A DNA stretch of 64,000 nt from Candidatus Liptonbacteria bacterium (GCA_016204385.1 JACQKW010000014.1:2193-66192), one strand, 5' to 3'. Positions 36,361-44,694 are shown, counted from the first letter of the stretch. The notes: generated by a model not told the origin, from the sequence alone. Program-made: numbers and translations.

Positions 36361-36799
36361 TTTTGCAGTAGGGGTTTTTGTGGTACACCGGAATCGCGTG
36401 CTTTTGGTGTTTCACAAAAACCTCAAGATGTGGCTGCCGCTCGGGGGACACATTGAACTAGATGAGGACCCGGAACAAGCGCTCTTCCGCGAGGTGAAGG
36501 AAGAGAGCGGACTTGATATTGAAATGATATCTCAAAAGCCCAAAGAGAAATTTGAGGGCAGAAAATTCCTCTATCCTCCGGCGTATCTTGACATTCATCC
36601 CATAGGGGAGAACCACCGCCACATCGGGATGGTCTACTTCGCGAAGTCAAAATCGGAGAAGGTTACACTTGCCGCGGAGGAGCACGACGAGATTAGATGG
36701 TTTTCAGAGCGCGAGCTTCAGGATCCCACATTCAAGGTTCAGCCCGATATACAGTTTTACGCGAAGGAGGCGTTGCAGCGCGCTCAGGGAACTTGGTAG
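36335..36799 (+). CDS. NUDIX hydrolase
   Basis: Nudix box GGHIELDEDPEQALFREVKEESGL. Confidence 0.8.
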   Translation: MPHIHEKIDFAVGVFVVHRNRVLLVFHKNLKMWLPLGGHIELDEDPEQALFREVKEESGLDIEMISQKPKEKFEGRKFLYPPAYLDIHPIGENHRHIGMVYFAKSKSEKVTLAAEEHDEIRWFSERELQDPTFKVQPDIQFYAKEALQRAQGTW

Positions 36800-36807
36800 A
36801 GTGACAT

Positions 36808-36836
36808 AAAAAAACGCACGCGCGGGTGCGCGTGCG
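36808..36836 (-). terminator. Rho-independent terminator (minus strand, for the RRM gene)
   Basis: cgcacgcgc/gcgcgtgcg stem. On the minus strand it is followed by T7 (A7 at 36808..36814 on plus). Confidence 0.6.
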
Positions 36837-36908
36837 GAGTGCGTTTGTGTTGCCTCGAGAAACTTAGCGGATCGGTTCGGGATCGTACGCGGCTGCTCCC
36901 GGGTTCTT

Positions 36909-36948
36909 GCGTAAGAAAAAATCCCTGACAAGGGATTTTTTCTTACGC
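36909..36948. terminator. 18-bp perfect hairpin between convergent genes
   Basis: gcgtaagaaaaaatccct-gaca-agggattttttcttacgc, with U/A runs inside the stem. Confidence 0.55.
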
Positions 36949-36963
36949 GAACGGGTTCCCGGT

Positions 36964-37284
36964 TTAATTGCGTCCGTATCCGCCGCGGCCGCCTCGGTTA
37001 AATCCGCCGCCTCCGCCTTCGCGCGGAGGGCGGGATTCCATGGGGCGGGCAACATTCACCGTGAGACTGCGTCCATCGAGATCCTTCCCGTTGAACATCT
37101 CAATCGCTTTCTGGGCTTCCTCGTCGGACGACATCTCGACAAAACCGAATCCCTTGGAGCGGCCCGTCATCTTGTCCATGATGATGGTTGCCGATACCAC
37201 GGATCCCGCCTGCGAGAACATGTCCTTTAAGGCCTGCTCGACGGTGCTGTAGGAGAGCCCGCCGACATATAACTTTTTTCCCAT
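36964..37284 (-). CDS. RNA-binding protein (RRM domain with RGG tail)
   Basis: RNP2 KLYVGGLSY, RNP1 KGFGFVEM, and C-terminal REGGGGGFNRGGRGGYGRN. Confidence 0.85.
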   Translation of the reverse strand: MGKKLYVGGLSYSTVEQALKDMFSQAGSVVSATIIMDKMTGRSKGFGFVEMSSDEEAQKAIEMFNGKDLDGRSLTVNVARPMESRPPREGGGGGFNRGGRGGYGRN

Positions 37285-37575
37285 CGTATGCTCGTGTAGT
37301 ATTTCAATAAGTCGACCTCATCCTATGCATTCCCCTCATCGTGTGCGCAAGGCGCAGAGACCAAGAACGCTAAGAACTTACCTCGAGCCGTATCATAACA
37401 TATTGTGGAAAACAATCAACAGGGGTGCCGGAGGAGCTTTATTATTATATCCTCTCGAGCTTATTGAATGAGCTTGCCCAGCCGTCCGCGTGGTTCTCCA
37501 TGCTCTCTTTCGTGCCAAAGGCGCCGTGCGTGAGCGTCACTTCCATTCCGCCAAACTTGCCTCCGCCGTTCTACA

Positions 37576-37689
37576 CAATAAAAAGCCACGAGGAAACAGC
37601 GGGCCGCCTAAGGACATACCCTGCTGGTGCGCCCGCCCCAGGGCTGCGACCGAAAGTAGTCCGAAGCCGTCGCGCGGCCTCCTCGTGGT
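37576..37689 (-). ncRNA. Candidate small structured RNA of unknown class
   Basis: A GC-rich, multi-helix segment of about 113 nt. It is closed by ccacgagga (37586..37594) pairing with tcctcgtgg (37680..37688). On the minus strand the closing helix is followed by CUUUUU. A consensus promoter lies immediately upstream and there is no credible ORF. Confidence 0.45.
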
Positions 37690-37695
37690 AGTTTC

Positions 37696-37725
37696 ACTAT
37701 ATTTGAACGGCGCGGATTTTGTCAA
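37696..37725 (-). promoter_or_regulatory. Sigma-70-type promoter driving the candidate sRNA
   Basis: The minus strand reads TTGACA, 18 nt, TATAGT. It ends 7 nt before the closing helix. Confidence 0.55.
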
Positions 37726-37750
37726 AAGCAAGGTATGCCTGCCAAAGCAC

Positions 37751-38101
37751 CTATTTTCTTCGCGTCCAACGCTCTGGCCAACGCGCGAGCATGAGCCCGA
37801 GCGAGGCCGCAAAGAGCCCGATGTCGCGCACGGTGATCGTGTCAATGCCCACGACGGTGAGTACCAGCGCGAGATGGAGAAACGCGAGGAGCGAGAAGAA
37901 AAACGTGGCGAGGTCAACAAGAAGAAAGAAACCGATCGCCACGTCCAAGATCGCGGTTCCTATCATCGCCTCGTACATGGGGACCGGCAGGATGCCCGCG
38001 GCCCACGGCTGGAGCAATCCTCCCCACTCCTCTGGATTCCGGAATATAAGCACTCCCACCCACAAAAAGGTGATTGCCGTGCCCACACGCACGATGTGCA
38101 T
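37751..38101 (-). CDS. Small polytopic membrane protein (DoxX-like?)
   Basis: The ATG at 38101 gives MHIVRVGTAITFLWVGVLIFRNPEEW.... Four hydrophobic helices. Family uncertain. Confidence 0.5.
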   Translation of the reverse strand: MHIVRVGTAITFLWVGVLIFRNPEEWGGLLQPWAAGILPVPMYEAMIGTAILDVAIGFFLLVDLATFFFSLLAFLHLALVLTVVGIDTITVRDIGLFAASLGLMLARWPERWTRRK

Positions 38102-38150
38102 TCCCGATTCCTTTTTTAGATAAGAGTTCTTGAGTATTTGCATAAGTAAT

Positions 38151-38579
38151 TTATGTAAGCCGCGCAGAGAGCACAATTATATCCATTAGCGCGACCGTCC
38201 CCGCCGACATAAGGCACCAAAAGCACCATGCGCCAATCACTTTCCACTGGAGATACGTGAAAATCACGGACATTAGGGTCGCGCCCAAAAGCATAAGTTT
38301 CCCTAAAGTAAGCCATGTTTCGAGCGGCTCCACGCCCACCACGAGGAACGCGGCGATTGCGGTAAAGGCAACGTAGAACAGCATTCCAAGAAGATCATTG
38401 TGGATGCCGAAGAACATGCGGTTGTATTTGCTGTTCAAGACCGTCTCGCATCCTTCGCCCACAGGGCAGACGGGCACTTCGGCGGCGATGCGCTTGCGGA
38501 TTAAATACGCCGTTTCGCTAATCCCGATCGCAGCAATCGTAAAAAGAAGCGCGTGCGGCGTGAGGTTAATGAGGGGCAT
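38151..38579 (-). CDS. Vitamin K epoxide reductase (VKOR) family protein
   Basis: Loop Cys pair CPVGEGC and active-site CFWC in the last helix. Four TM helices. Confidence 0.75.
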   Translation of the reverse strand: MPLINLTPHALLFTIAAIGISETAYLIRKRIAAEVPVCPVGEGCETVLNSKYNRMFFGIHNDLLGMLFYVAFTAIAAFLVVGVEPLETWLTLGKLMLLGATLMSVIFTYLQWKVIGAWCFWCLMSAGTVALMDIIVLSARLT

Positions 38580-38689
38580 GGAATGTACACATTATACCAA
38601 CGGTCTCTTTAAGTAAAAAGCGACAATAAAACGCAATTAAATAAAAAGCAATAAATGTTTCAGATAGATACAAATTGCTGCGAAAATAA

Positions 38690-38713
38690 ACGGTCTCCTC
38701 GTGCGGAGACCGT
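38690..38713 (-). terminator. Hairpin with flanking T-rich tracts (orientation ambiguous)
   Basis: acggtctcc/ggagaccgt stem. It is followed by tttattttc on the minus strand and cttctttgg on the plus strand. No upstream minus-strand gene is present. Confidence 0.4.
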
Positions 38714-38775
38714 CTTCTTTGGAAAGATTGCGATACGAATGGTCGGGAGTAGCGACACCATCACACATGAAGTGC

Positions 38776-38807
38776 CCCCCACTGCGGATGCAGTGGGGGT
38801 TTTTCTT
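38776..38807 (+). terminator. Strong rho-independent terminator with no annotated upstream gene
   Basis: cccccactgc-ggat-gcagtggggg followed by tttttctt. Confidence 0.65.
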
Positions 38808-38893
38808 ACTCGTCTATAGCATGTTCTTGTATTCACGCGCATTGCGATTACACTGTAGGAGCACTTTTCACAACTGAATATGGAGGCACCGCA

Positions 38894-40363
38894 ATGAACC
38901 AGATCTATGCGTACCGGGAACCGCCGCCGAAACTAAGCGCCTCGACGATGCAGTCGTTCGTGAACTGCGAAATGCAGTGCGCGTATGAGCGCCTCTTGGT
39001 AGACCCTCCCTCGATCCTCGAGCCCCTGCCGCGCGTCTTCGGCAACGTCATCCACTCCCTCCACGAACTCCTGTGGAAGAATCCGGCGGAGCGTGCGGAC
39101 GGCGTCGTTCGCCGAGGCATGGGAATTCTCTCCGGGGTTTTGAAAGGAGCGCACGGCCTGAAGGGCGAGAAATCGCCCCCCGTGCTCATCCGCTTTCTCA
39201 CACGGCGGCAGATCACAGGCCTTACGGAAAGCGAAGTCGAGGAGCGAACCAAAGAAGAGAAAGAAAAATATATGGCGAAAGGCCGCCTTATGCTCCAAGC
39301 CCTTCGGCTCGAGCGAATCGCGCCCGTCCCCAACCTTGACCTCGTTGAAGTCGAGCGAGACTTAGGGAAAGACGGCATTGAGATCCAGGAGCACCACGCG
39401 TGGAGAGCATACAGGTTGAGCGGCCGGATGGACCGCATCTTCCACTACGCGGACGGCAGTTACGAAATTTTCGACGTGAAAACCGGGAAAGTGGACGAGC
39501 GGTACGCGCGCCTTGTGCTGCTTCACAACATCCAGATGACGCTTTACCACAGAGCCGGCTTCAGTCTTTTCGGAAGGGATCCGATCCGGATGTGGCTCAT
39601 CGCATTGAGGGACGTGAGCAAGAGTACGCTCGCGCGTGCGCAGGAAGAACTTTCCTCCGGCCGCTCGCCAGACGCCTTGAGGGAAATGTACGTTGAGGTT
39701 CCGCTTCGAAAACCCGTTGACTTCACGGACCTCGCACAGCTCGCGGCGGACATCGACACCGTAATGCGCATGGTTATCTTCCCGCACAGGTACCGGCCGT
39801 GGCAGATCGAGGCGTGGGAACCTCTTTCGGCGATAGGGAAGAAAGCCGACTTCAAGGACAACGTCCGGGAGGGACGTTTCATGCCGCGGATCGGCGCATG
39901 GTGTGAAACGTGCACCTTCCTTGAAGCATGCCGCGAAGACAACGCCAGTGACTGGGAGAAGCACTACCGCACCCGCGCGGTGCCCGCGGGCAATGAGACG
40001 CCTCCTCCCGCAGCGCCACACGTGCCGCCGGACGAGCCTCAAGTTGCGCTCTTTGAAACCTTCGCTCGCCCAAAATCGCTTCGGAAGAGCGACCGCGAGC
40101 ATAAGCGGAAACTGCGCGAGCTGGGGTTCCTTCCCCGAAAATCGCTCCTTGCGCTCTATAAGAGAGCCCCGCAGCTCATCCCCGCGTTTCGGAACATCCC
40201 TTGCGCGTGCAGGGAGCTTGACGTGTTCCACCCGGAGATGATCGCCCGTCTCCTCATAAGCTTCCTCAAAGGAACACCGCCCATTCTAGAGGTAGTGAGG
40301 CAACACTGTCCCTACGAGGAATGCCCCTTCCGCGAAACCCGCGCGGAGGCAGTACAGCAGTGA
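38894..40363 (+). CDS. PD-(D/E)XK nuclease, Cas4/RecB-like with Fe-S Cys ligands and a long C-terminal extension
   Basis: GRMDRIFHYADGSYEIFDVKTGK (D...D-x-K core), an N-terminal Cys pair NCEMQC, and a C-x2-C-x5-C cluster CETCTFLEAC. About 145 extra C-terminal residues carry further Cys pairs (PCAC, CPYEEC). Confidence 0.75.
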   Translation: MNQIYAYREPPPKLSASTMQSFVNCEMQCAYERLLVDPPSILEPLPRVFGNVIHSLHELLWKNPAERADGVVRRGMGILSGVLKGAHGLKGEKSPPVLIRFLTRRQITGLTESEVEERTKEEKEKYMAKGRLMLQALRLERIAPVPNLDLVEVERDLGKDGIEIQEHHAWRAYRLSGRMDRIFHYADGSYEIFDVKTGKVDERYARLVLLHNIQMTLYHRAGFSLFGRDPIRMWLIALRDVSKSTLARAQEELSSGRSPDALREMYVEVPLRKPVDFTDLAQLAADIDTVMRMVIFPHRYRPWQIEAWEPLSAIGKKADFKDNVREGRFMPRIGAWCETCTFLEACREDNASDWEKHYRTRAVPAGNETPPPAAPHVPPDEPQVALFETFARPKSLRKSDREHKRKLRELGFLPRKSLLALYKRAPQLIPAFRNIPCACRELDVFHPEMIARLLISFLKGTPPILEVVRQHCPYEECPFRETRAEAVQQ

Positions 40364-40370
40364 CGTACAA

Positions 40371-40398
40371 GGAGTCCTGGAATCCAGGACTCCTTTTT
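40371..40398 (+). terminator. Rho-independent terminator
   Basis: ggagtcctgg-aat-ccaggactcc followed by ttttt. Confidence 0.75.
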
Positions 40399-40489
40399 CT
40401 ACGCACCGCCCCGCGTTACAGAACAGTGCGGGATTCCACCCCGCGGCCACATGGCCGCGGGGCTTCACTTTTATGAATGAACGGGTAAA

Positions 40490-40993
40490 ATGAATGCTAT
40501 GGAGAAAACCCACACTGCTATGCTCGAAACCGCAACTTTCGGCGCCGGATGCTTCTGGGGCGTCGAGGAATTATTTGCGCATACACAAGGCGTGAAAGAC
40601 ACCGCCGTGGGTTACATGGGCGGCACGAAAGAAAACCCGACCTACGAAGACGTCTGCACGGACAAAACCGGACATGCGGAGGCGGTGCAGGTAAAGTACG
40701 ATCCAAAAGAAGTTTTGTACGAGAAACTACTCAACATCTTCTGGGAAAACCACGATCCGACGACGCCGAACCGGCAGGGCCCGGACACAGGAACGCAATA
40801 TCGCTCGGTTGTCTTTTTTCACAGCAAGGATCAAGAACGCATTGCAAAAGAATCAAAACAAAAACTCGAAGCGTCGGGAAAACATAAAAAGCCCGTGGTG
40901 ACCGAAATCGTCCCCGCTTCGACTTTCTGGCGCGCCGAGGAATACCATCAGCGGTATCTTGAAAAGCGGGGGCTTAGCACCTGTCATAGTTAG
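40490..40993 (+). CDS. msrA: Peptide-methionine (S)-S-oxide reductase
   Basis: [12 protein letters not shown] active site and YHQRYL near the C-terminus. Confidence 0.9.
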   Translation: MNAMEKTHTAMLETATFGAGCFWGVEELFAHTQGVKDTAVGYMGGTKENPTYEDVCTDKTGHAEAVQVKYDPKEVLYEKLLNIFWENHDPTTPNRQGPDTGTQYRSVVFFHSKDQERIAKESKQKLEASGKHKKPVVTEIVPASTFWRAEEYHQRYLEKRGLSTCHS

Positions 40994-41010
40994 CCCGAAT
41001 GCGCGGGCTC

Positions 41011-41529
41011 CTATGGGGCGGCGCGCGTGAAGCGTTTTACAAGCGTTACTTCGTTCCCCTTCTCGTTGAACCGCACTTCATCGAAAAACGACTCCATTAA
41101 ACGGATACCCCTGCCCGCCTCGGCTTCCGCGTCCGCATCGCTCCGGGAGGCGCTCTGCCAATCGAAACCGTTCCCTTGATCCCGTATAGTCACCTCCGCC
41201 AAGTCGCGCGTGACGTTCAATTTCACCGCAACGGTGAGGTCTGACGGCGCGCTTCCCTGCTTTTGGAGCACTTCCCTCAAAAACTCCTCCCTGCTCCCGA
41301 TCTTCGGTATGCCGAGATTGCCGTGCCCGATCGCATTTACGATCGCTTCGTCGAATGCAAGTTCCATTAAGCCAACGTCCTTCTCATCCCATCCCGCATC
41401 CACGAGCCGCTTTAAAAACTCTTGCGCTGCGGGCTCCGCCACGCGGACGTCGGAAGGCAGTTTCCACTCATCGCCCTCGAAATAGTTAGAGAAATCCCTC
41501 TCGCGCGCTTGATCTTCAGTGTGTTCCAT
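41011..41529 (-). CDS. HATPase_c-type ATP-binding protein (anti-sigma-factor kinase-like, RsbW/SpoIIAB-like)
   Basis: N box EAIVNAIGHGN, G1 box IRDQGNGFD, and GRGIRLM. No STAS partner seen nearby. Confidence 0.7.
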   Translation of the reverse strand: MEHTEDQARERDFSNYFEGDEWKLPSDVRVAEPAAQEFLKRLVDAGWDEKDVGLMELAFDEAIVNAIGHGNLGIPKIGSREEFLREVLQKQGSAPSDLTVAVKLNVTRDLAEVTIRDQGNGFDWQSASRSDADAEAEAGRGIRLMESFFDEVRFNEKGNEVTLVKRFTRAAP

Positions 41530-41604
41530 GCGTTCACTCGTTGAAATGCACTGCGCAATGCCGCAGATGCGCCCCGCACGCCGTCGCGTATATCAGTTCA
41601 TTCC

Positions 41605-41799
41605 CTATCCAACCCTCCTTTGTAGAATCGCAATAATGATCAAAAATATCCAGAGCGCGCCCGCAGCGACCCAAAGCCAGAAAATGAATATAAAAAATTT
41701 CAAAAGCGTTACGCGGCCGAACAGCGGCACGTCGTTCGCCGCAAGGAACCCGTACCATCCTTTGATTCGTTGAATCCACGAGTGAAGCATGGCGAGCAT
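41605..41799 (-). CDS. Possible small membrane protein (64 aa)
   Basis: Contains one strong hydrophobic helix, FFIFIFWLWVAAGALWIFLIIIAIL. No other support. Confidence 0.3.
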   Translation of the reverse strand: MLAMLHSWIQRIKGWYGFLAANDVPLFGRVTLLKFFIFIFWLWVAAGALWIFLIIIAILQRRVG

Positions 41800-41829
41800 T
41801 TCAGGAATCCGCGCGAATGTTGCGTCTCA

Positions 41830-42384
41830 TCATTGCCCGAATCGAACAGGTATGCGCAACTCATCGTCGTGCTCCGGCAATCCCGACGGATTGTCTTTTC
41901 TAAGCACGACAATGCCCTTTTCGGTGTTCGGCGGTTCGAATGTAATTGTTGCGCGGAACGGGACGAATTCCTCGGTCATCCATTCATCCTGCGCCTCTGC
42001 GACCGTGACGGCGAGCTCGTTTCCTTGCGCGTCAAAAAGCCGGACGGGAAAGCTCGCTTCGAAAAACCAGAAGCCGCGCGCTTCTCCCTCCACCGCAAGC
42101 GGGCTTTTGACCGTTTGGTTCGGCGTCACGCTCCGGACACGGATACGATCGCTCTTCTCGCGCACGTTCCCGATATCTTCCATGAATATCTTCCCGCCGG
42201 GGGCGCGGCACTGCCGGGGATACGATTCCATTATTTGATACCCCCGCTTCGCGCATGCGTCAAAATTCTCGATTGTCGGGGCGCTGCGTTCCAAGGAAAA
42301 TTGAAACAAACCGCCGAGCACGCCTAAGAAGGCGATGCCCGCCGCGATCAAAACGAATGAGGCGATGAGTATAATCTGCTTCAC
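41830..42384 (-). CDS. Membrane-anchored Gmad2-like immunoglobulin-fold protein
   Basis: N-terminal TM, then SPLAVEGEARGFWFFEASFPVRLFDAQGNEL...FVPFRATITF, resembling Gmad2 domains. GTG start. Confidence 0.6.
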   Translation of the reverse strand: MKQIILIASFVLIAAGIAFLGVLGGLFQFSLERSAPTIENFDACAKRGYQIMESYPRQCRAPGGKIFMEDIGNVREKSDRIRVRSVTPNQTVKSPLAVEGEARGFWFFEASFPVRLFDAQGNELAVTVAEAQDEWMTEEFVPFRATITFEPPNTEKGIVVLRKDNPSGLPEHDDELRIPVRFGQ

Positions 42385-42387
42385 GTA

Positions 42388-42822
42388 CTATGTGTGCTGA
42401 TCTCTCTTCAAATCAAGACAGACCGAATTGATGCAGTATCGCTTCCCTCCTTTTTCTTTCGGGCCGCCCGCCCGACCGGAACGGTACGTTTCGGGCAGGT
42501 CGTCAAACACATGCCCCAAATGGGAACCGCACTGCTTGCAGAGCACCTCGGTGCGCGTCATGCCATGACCCGTATCCTCGCGAAGCTCGACATTCTCGCG
42601 GTTTGCCGGTTCGGTGAAACTCGGCCAGCCGGTGCCCGAATCGAATTTTGCGTCGGACGAGAAAAGCTCCGCCCCGCACGCCCTGCAGCGATACATCCCT
42701 TTCGCGTGCTCCTTGTAGTATTTGCCGGTAAAGGCGGGCTCCGTCCCCTTCTCGCGAAGCACGTGGTATTCGTACGGCGTGAGTTTCTTTTTCCACTCCG
42801 CGTCCGATTTCTCCTTATCCAT
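42388..42822 (-). CDS. msrB: Peptide-methionine (R)-S-oxide reductase
   Basis: CRACGAELF...GWPSF...CKQCGSHLGHVF, with Zn Cys pairs and the catalytic motif. Confidence 0.9.
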   Translation of the reverse strand: MDKEKSDAEWKKKLTPYEYHVLREKGTEPAFTGKYYKEHAKGMYRCRACGAELFSSDAKFDSGTGWPSFTEPANRENVELREDTGHGMTRTEVLCKQCGSHLGHVFDDLPETYRSGRAGGPKEKGGKRYCINSVCLDLKRDQHT

Positions 42823-42828
42823 AGGTGC

Positions 42829-43215
42829 TTACCACGCGGCGTACGCCCATGGTTCCGGAATCATGAGCATCATAAGCGCGGCGCCGAGGAGCGCCATATT
42901 CTTCATAAAGTTCACCTGATCGCCCATCTTTGCCATTGGATCGGAAACCGCCCAATATGCGTGCATCTTGAACGACACCGCGAGAAGAAACACCGCGAGA
43001 AGCAGTACGGCGTATTGGATATAGACGCCGAGCGCAATTCCCAGGCCGCCAAGAAGTATGAACAAGCCCGAGAAATGCACCATGAACTTCGCATTCGCAA
43101 TGCCTTTTGATGAGGCGTATCCCGCAAGCATGTCGTTATTCATGATGTGCCGTATGCCATTCATCACGAAAAACCCGCCGTAGAGTATTCTCCCGATCAA
43201 GAAAAGCAGTTCCAT
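42829..43215 (-). CDS. DoxX family membrane protein
   Basis: MELLFLIGRILYGGFFVMNGIRHI.... The ORF-track start at 43281 is a TTG, so the ATG at 43215 is preferred. Confidence 0.7.
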   Translation of the reverse strand: MELLFLIGRILYGGFFVMNGIRHIMNNDMLAGYASSKGIANAKFMVHFSGLFILLGGLGIALGVYIQYAVLLLAVFLLAVSFKMHAYWAVSDPMAKMGDQVNFMKNMALLGAALMMLMIPEPWAYAAW

Positions 43216-43297
43216 ATCGTTTGCATTAAATGTTGTTTCCCGCGACCTTTTTACCTTGTATATACTACCATACTCAATCAATCCATCAAACTATACG

Positions 43298-44416
43298 TTA
43301 TCTTCGCGCCCGCCGCATCTCACCCAATTTTTCCACCCGGACGCCGATAAGGCGGATTTTCTTTTTTTTTAGATTTTCACGTTTGTCCAAAAACGGCATA
43401 ACAAGCCGCATTGCCTCAAATTGGAGCGCACCAAGGTCCGAGACCGGGTCTCGAAACGTATGTGCCCGCGTTTTGGTCTCAAAGTCCGCGAAACGGACGG
43501 TAATCGAGACGCCGCGAAAACTTTTCCATTCGCTCGTCGTAAGGTGCGCAATCACGCTCTCGCACATCGCGGCAAGGCGCTCCTGGATAAAATTCGAATC
43601 TTTCGTGTCTTCCCGAAACGTCTCCTGTTCGCCGATTGATTTCCGTTCGTATTCCTGGACGATCGGCGACTCGTCAACGCCCCGTGCTTTCCGGTAGAGC
43701 GAGAGTCCCCACTTGCCGAGCATCTCCCCGAGTTCTGTCTGTGAGAATCGCGTGAGATCACGGATTGTGCTCACTCCTTTTTCCGAGAACATCGCCTCGG
43801 TTTTCGGACCGATGCCGGGGATTTTCCGGATCGGGAGCGGTTCAAGAAATGCCTCGACAAGCTCGGCGCAAGTTTTTTCGTCGTCATGGCCAACAATCGT
43901 GAGCCCGTCCGGCTTTTTGAAATCGGATGCAATTTTGGCGACGAGTTTATTGGGGCCCATGCCGATAGAGGCAGTGAGTTTTTCCTTCTCTCTGATCTCC
44001 TGCTTTATGCTCTCGCAGATCGCGCGCGCCCCTTCATATGAGTCCGAGAAACTCAAATCCATATATGCTTCATCCACCGACGCTGCTTCCACACGCGCCA
44101 CGCACGTTCGAATGATGGCCATAATGCGCTCCGAAACTTCGCCGTAGCGCGCGAAATTTCCTCCGAGAAAGACGGCGGGCGGTCTCCCTTTTTGCCGGGC
44201 TGCCTCGGAACGCCGCCAGGCGGTCGAGATCGGCATTGCCGAGTGGATTCCGTACTCCCGCGCTTTGTAATTCGCGGTCGAAACCACCCCCCTACCCTTG
44301 CCTTCTTCAGGATCAGCTCCCACGACAATCGGAAGTCCCTTGAGCCGTGGTTTATCCCGCTCCTCAATCGCCGCGAAAAAGGCATCCATATCGAGATGCG
44401 CAATAATCCTTTTCAT
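43298..44416 (-). CDS. dinB: DNA polymerase IV (Y-family)
   Basis: MKRIIAHLDMDAFFAAIEERDKPRLKGLPIVVG...SVDEAYMDL...GIGPKT. Confidence 0.9.
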   Translation of the reverse strand: MKRIIAHLDMDAFFAAIEERDKPRLKGLPIVVGADPEEGKGRGVVSTANYKAREYGIHSAMPISTAWRRSEAARQKGRPPAVFLGGNFARYGEVSERIMAIIRTCVARVEAASVDEAYMDLSFSDSYEGARAICESIKQEIREKEKLTASIGMGPNKLVAKIASDFKKPDGLTIVGHDDEKTCAELVEAFLEPLPIRKIPGIGPKTEAMFSEKGVSTIRDLTRFSQTELGEMLGKWGLSLYRKARGVDESPIVQEYERKSIGEQETFREDTKDSNFIQERLAAMCESVIAHLTTSEWKSFRGVSITVRFADFETKTRAHTFRDPVSDLGALQFEAMRLVMPFLDKRENLKKKKIRLIGVRVEKLGEMRRARR

Positions 44417-44610
44417 AAAATCACTTGGATATGGATGCTCGAAAGGGGGTCGGGGAAACGCGTGAGGGGTTCCCCGTGTTGGAAAACCTGCGAAGCAGGA
44501 GTTAGAAACTCCGCCTTCGCCCGGCGGCTACGGACGGGCAGGCGAGGGTTTCTAAGGAGTCCCGTAAAGCGGGACGACGCATCCATATCCAAATGGCCAA
44601 TGATCCTCAT
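44413..44610 (-). promoter_or_regulatory. Structured dinB leader carrying a duplicated dinB 5' end (65-codon upstream ORF coupled by ATGA)
   Basis: The upstream ORF starts MRIIGHLDMDA, compared with dinB MKRIIAHLDMDA. Its stop overlaps the dinB ATG. A 14-bp perfect helix, 44425..44438 with 44579..44592, encloses at least five hairpins. Confidence 0.5.
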
Positions 44611-44665
44611 ATCCTAATCGTACCGTTCCTGACAAGCCCGGAAAAGCAATGAAGGGAGGGTCAAT

Positions 44666-44694
44666 TTGACATTTCTAAATTGTTTTGTTAAGAT
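44666..44694 (+). promoter_or_regulatory. Sigma-70-type promoter
   Basis: TTGACA, 17 nt, TAAGAT. Upstream of the 88-aa plus-strand ORF, which has the SD gaaaggaagg. Confidence 0.6.

Noticed and set aside
37576-37689. SRP (4.5S) RNA, RNase P RNA, 6S RNA or tmRNA identity for the structured RNA.
   Set aside because: I could not find the conserved helix-8 GGAA / AGCAGCC arrangement, the RNase P GAGGAAAGUCC P4 sequence, or tRNA-like ends. Only an Infernal scan can settle this, so it is kept as unknown.
44413-44610. A group I or group II intron, or an intein, interrupting dinB.
   Set aside because: The intervening segment is only about 197 nt. It lacks GUGYG...AY or the group I boundary nucleotides. 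The downstream copy has its own in-frame ATG. I therefore treated it as a leader or duplication rather than a self-splicing element.
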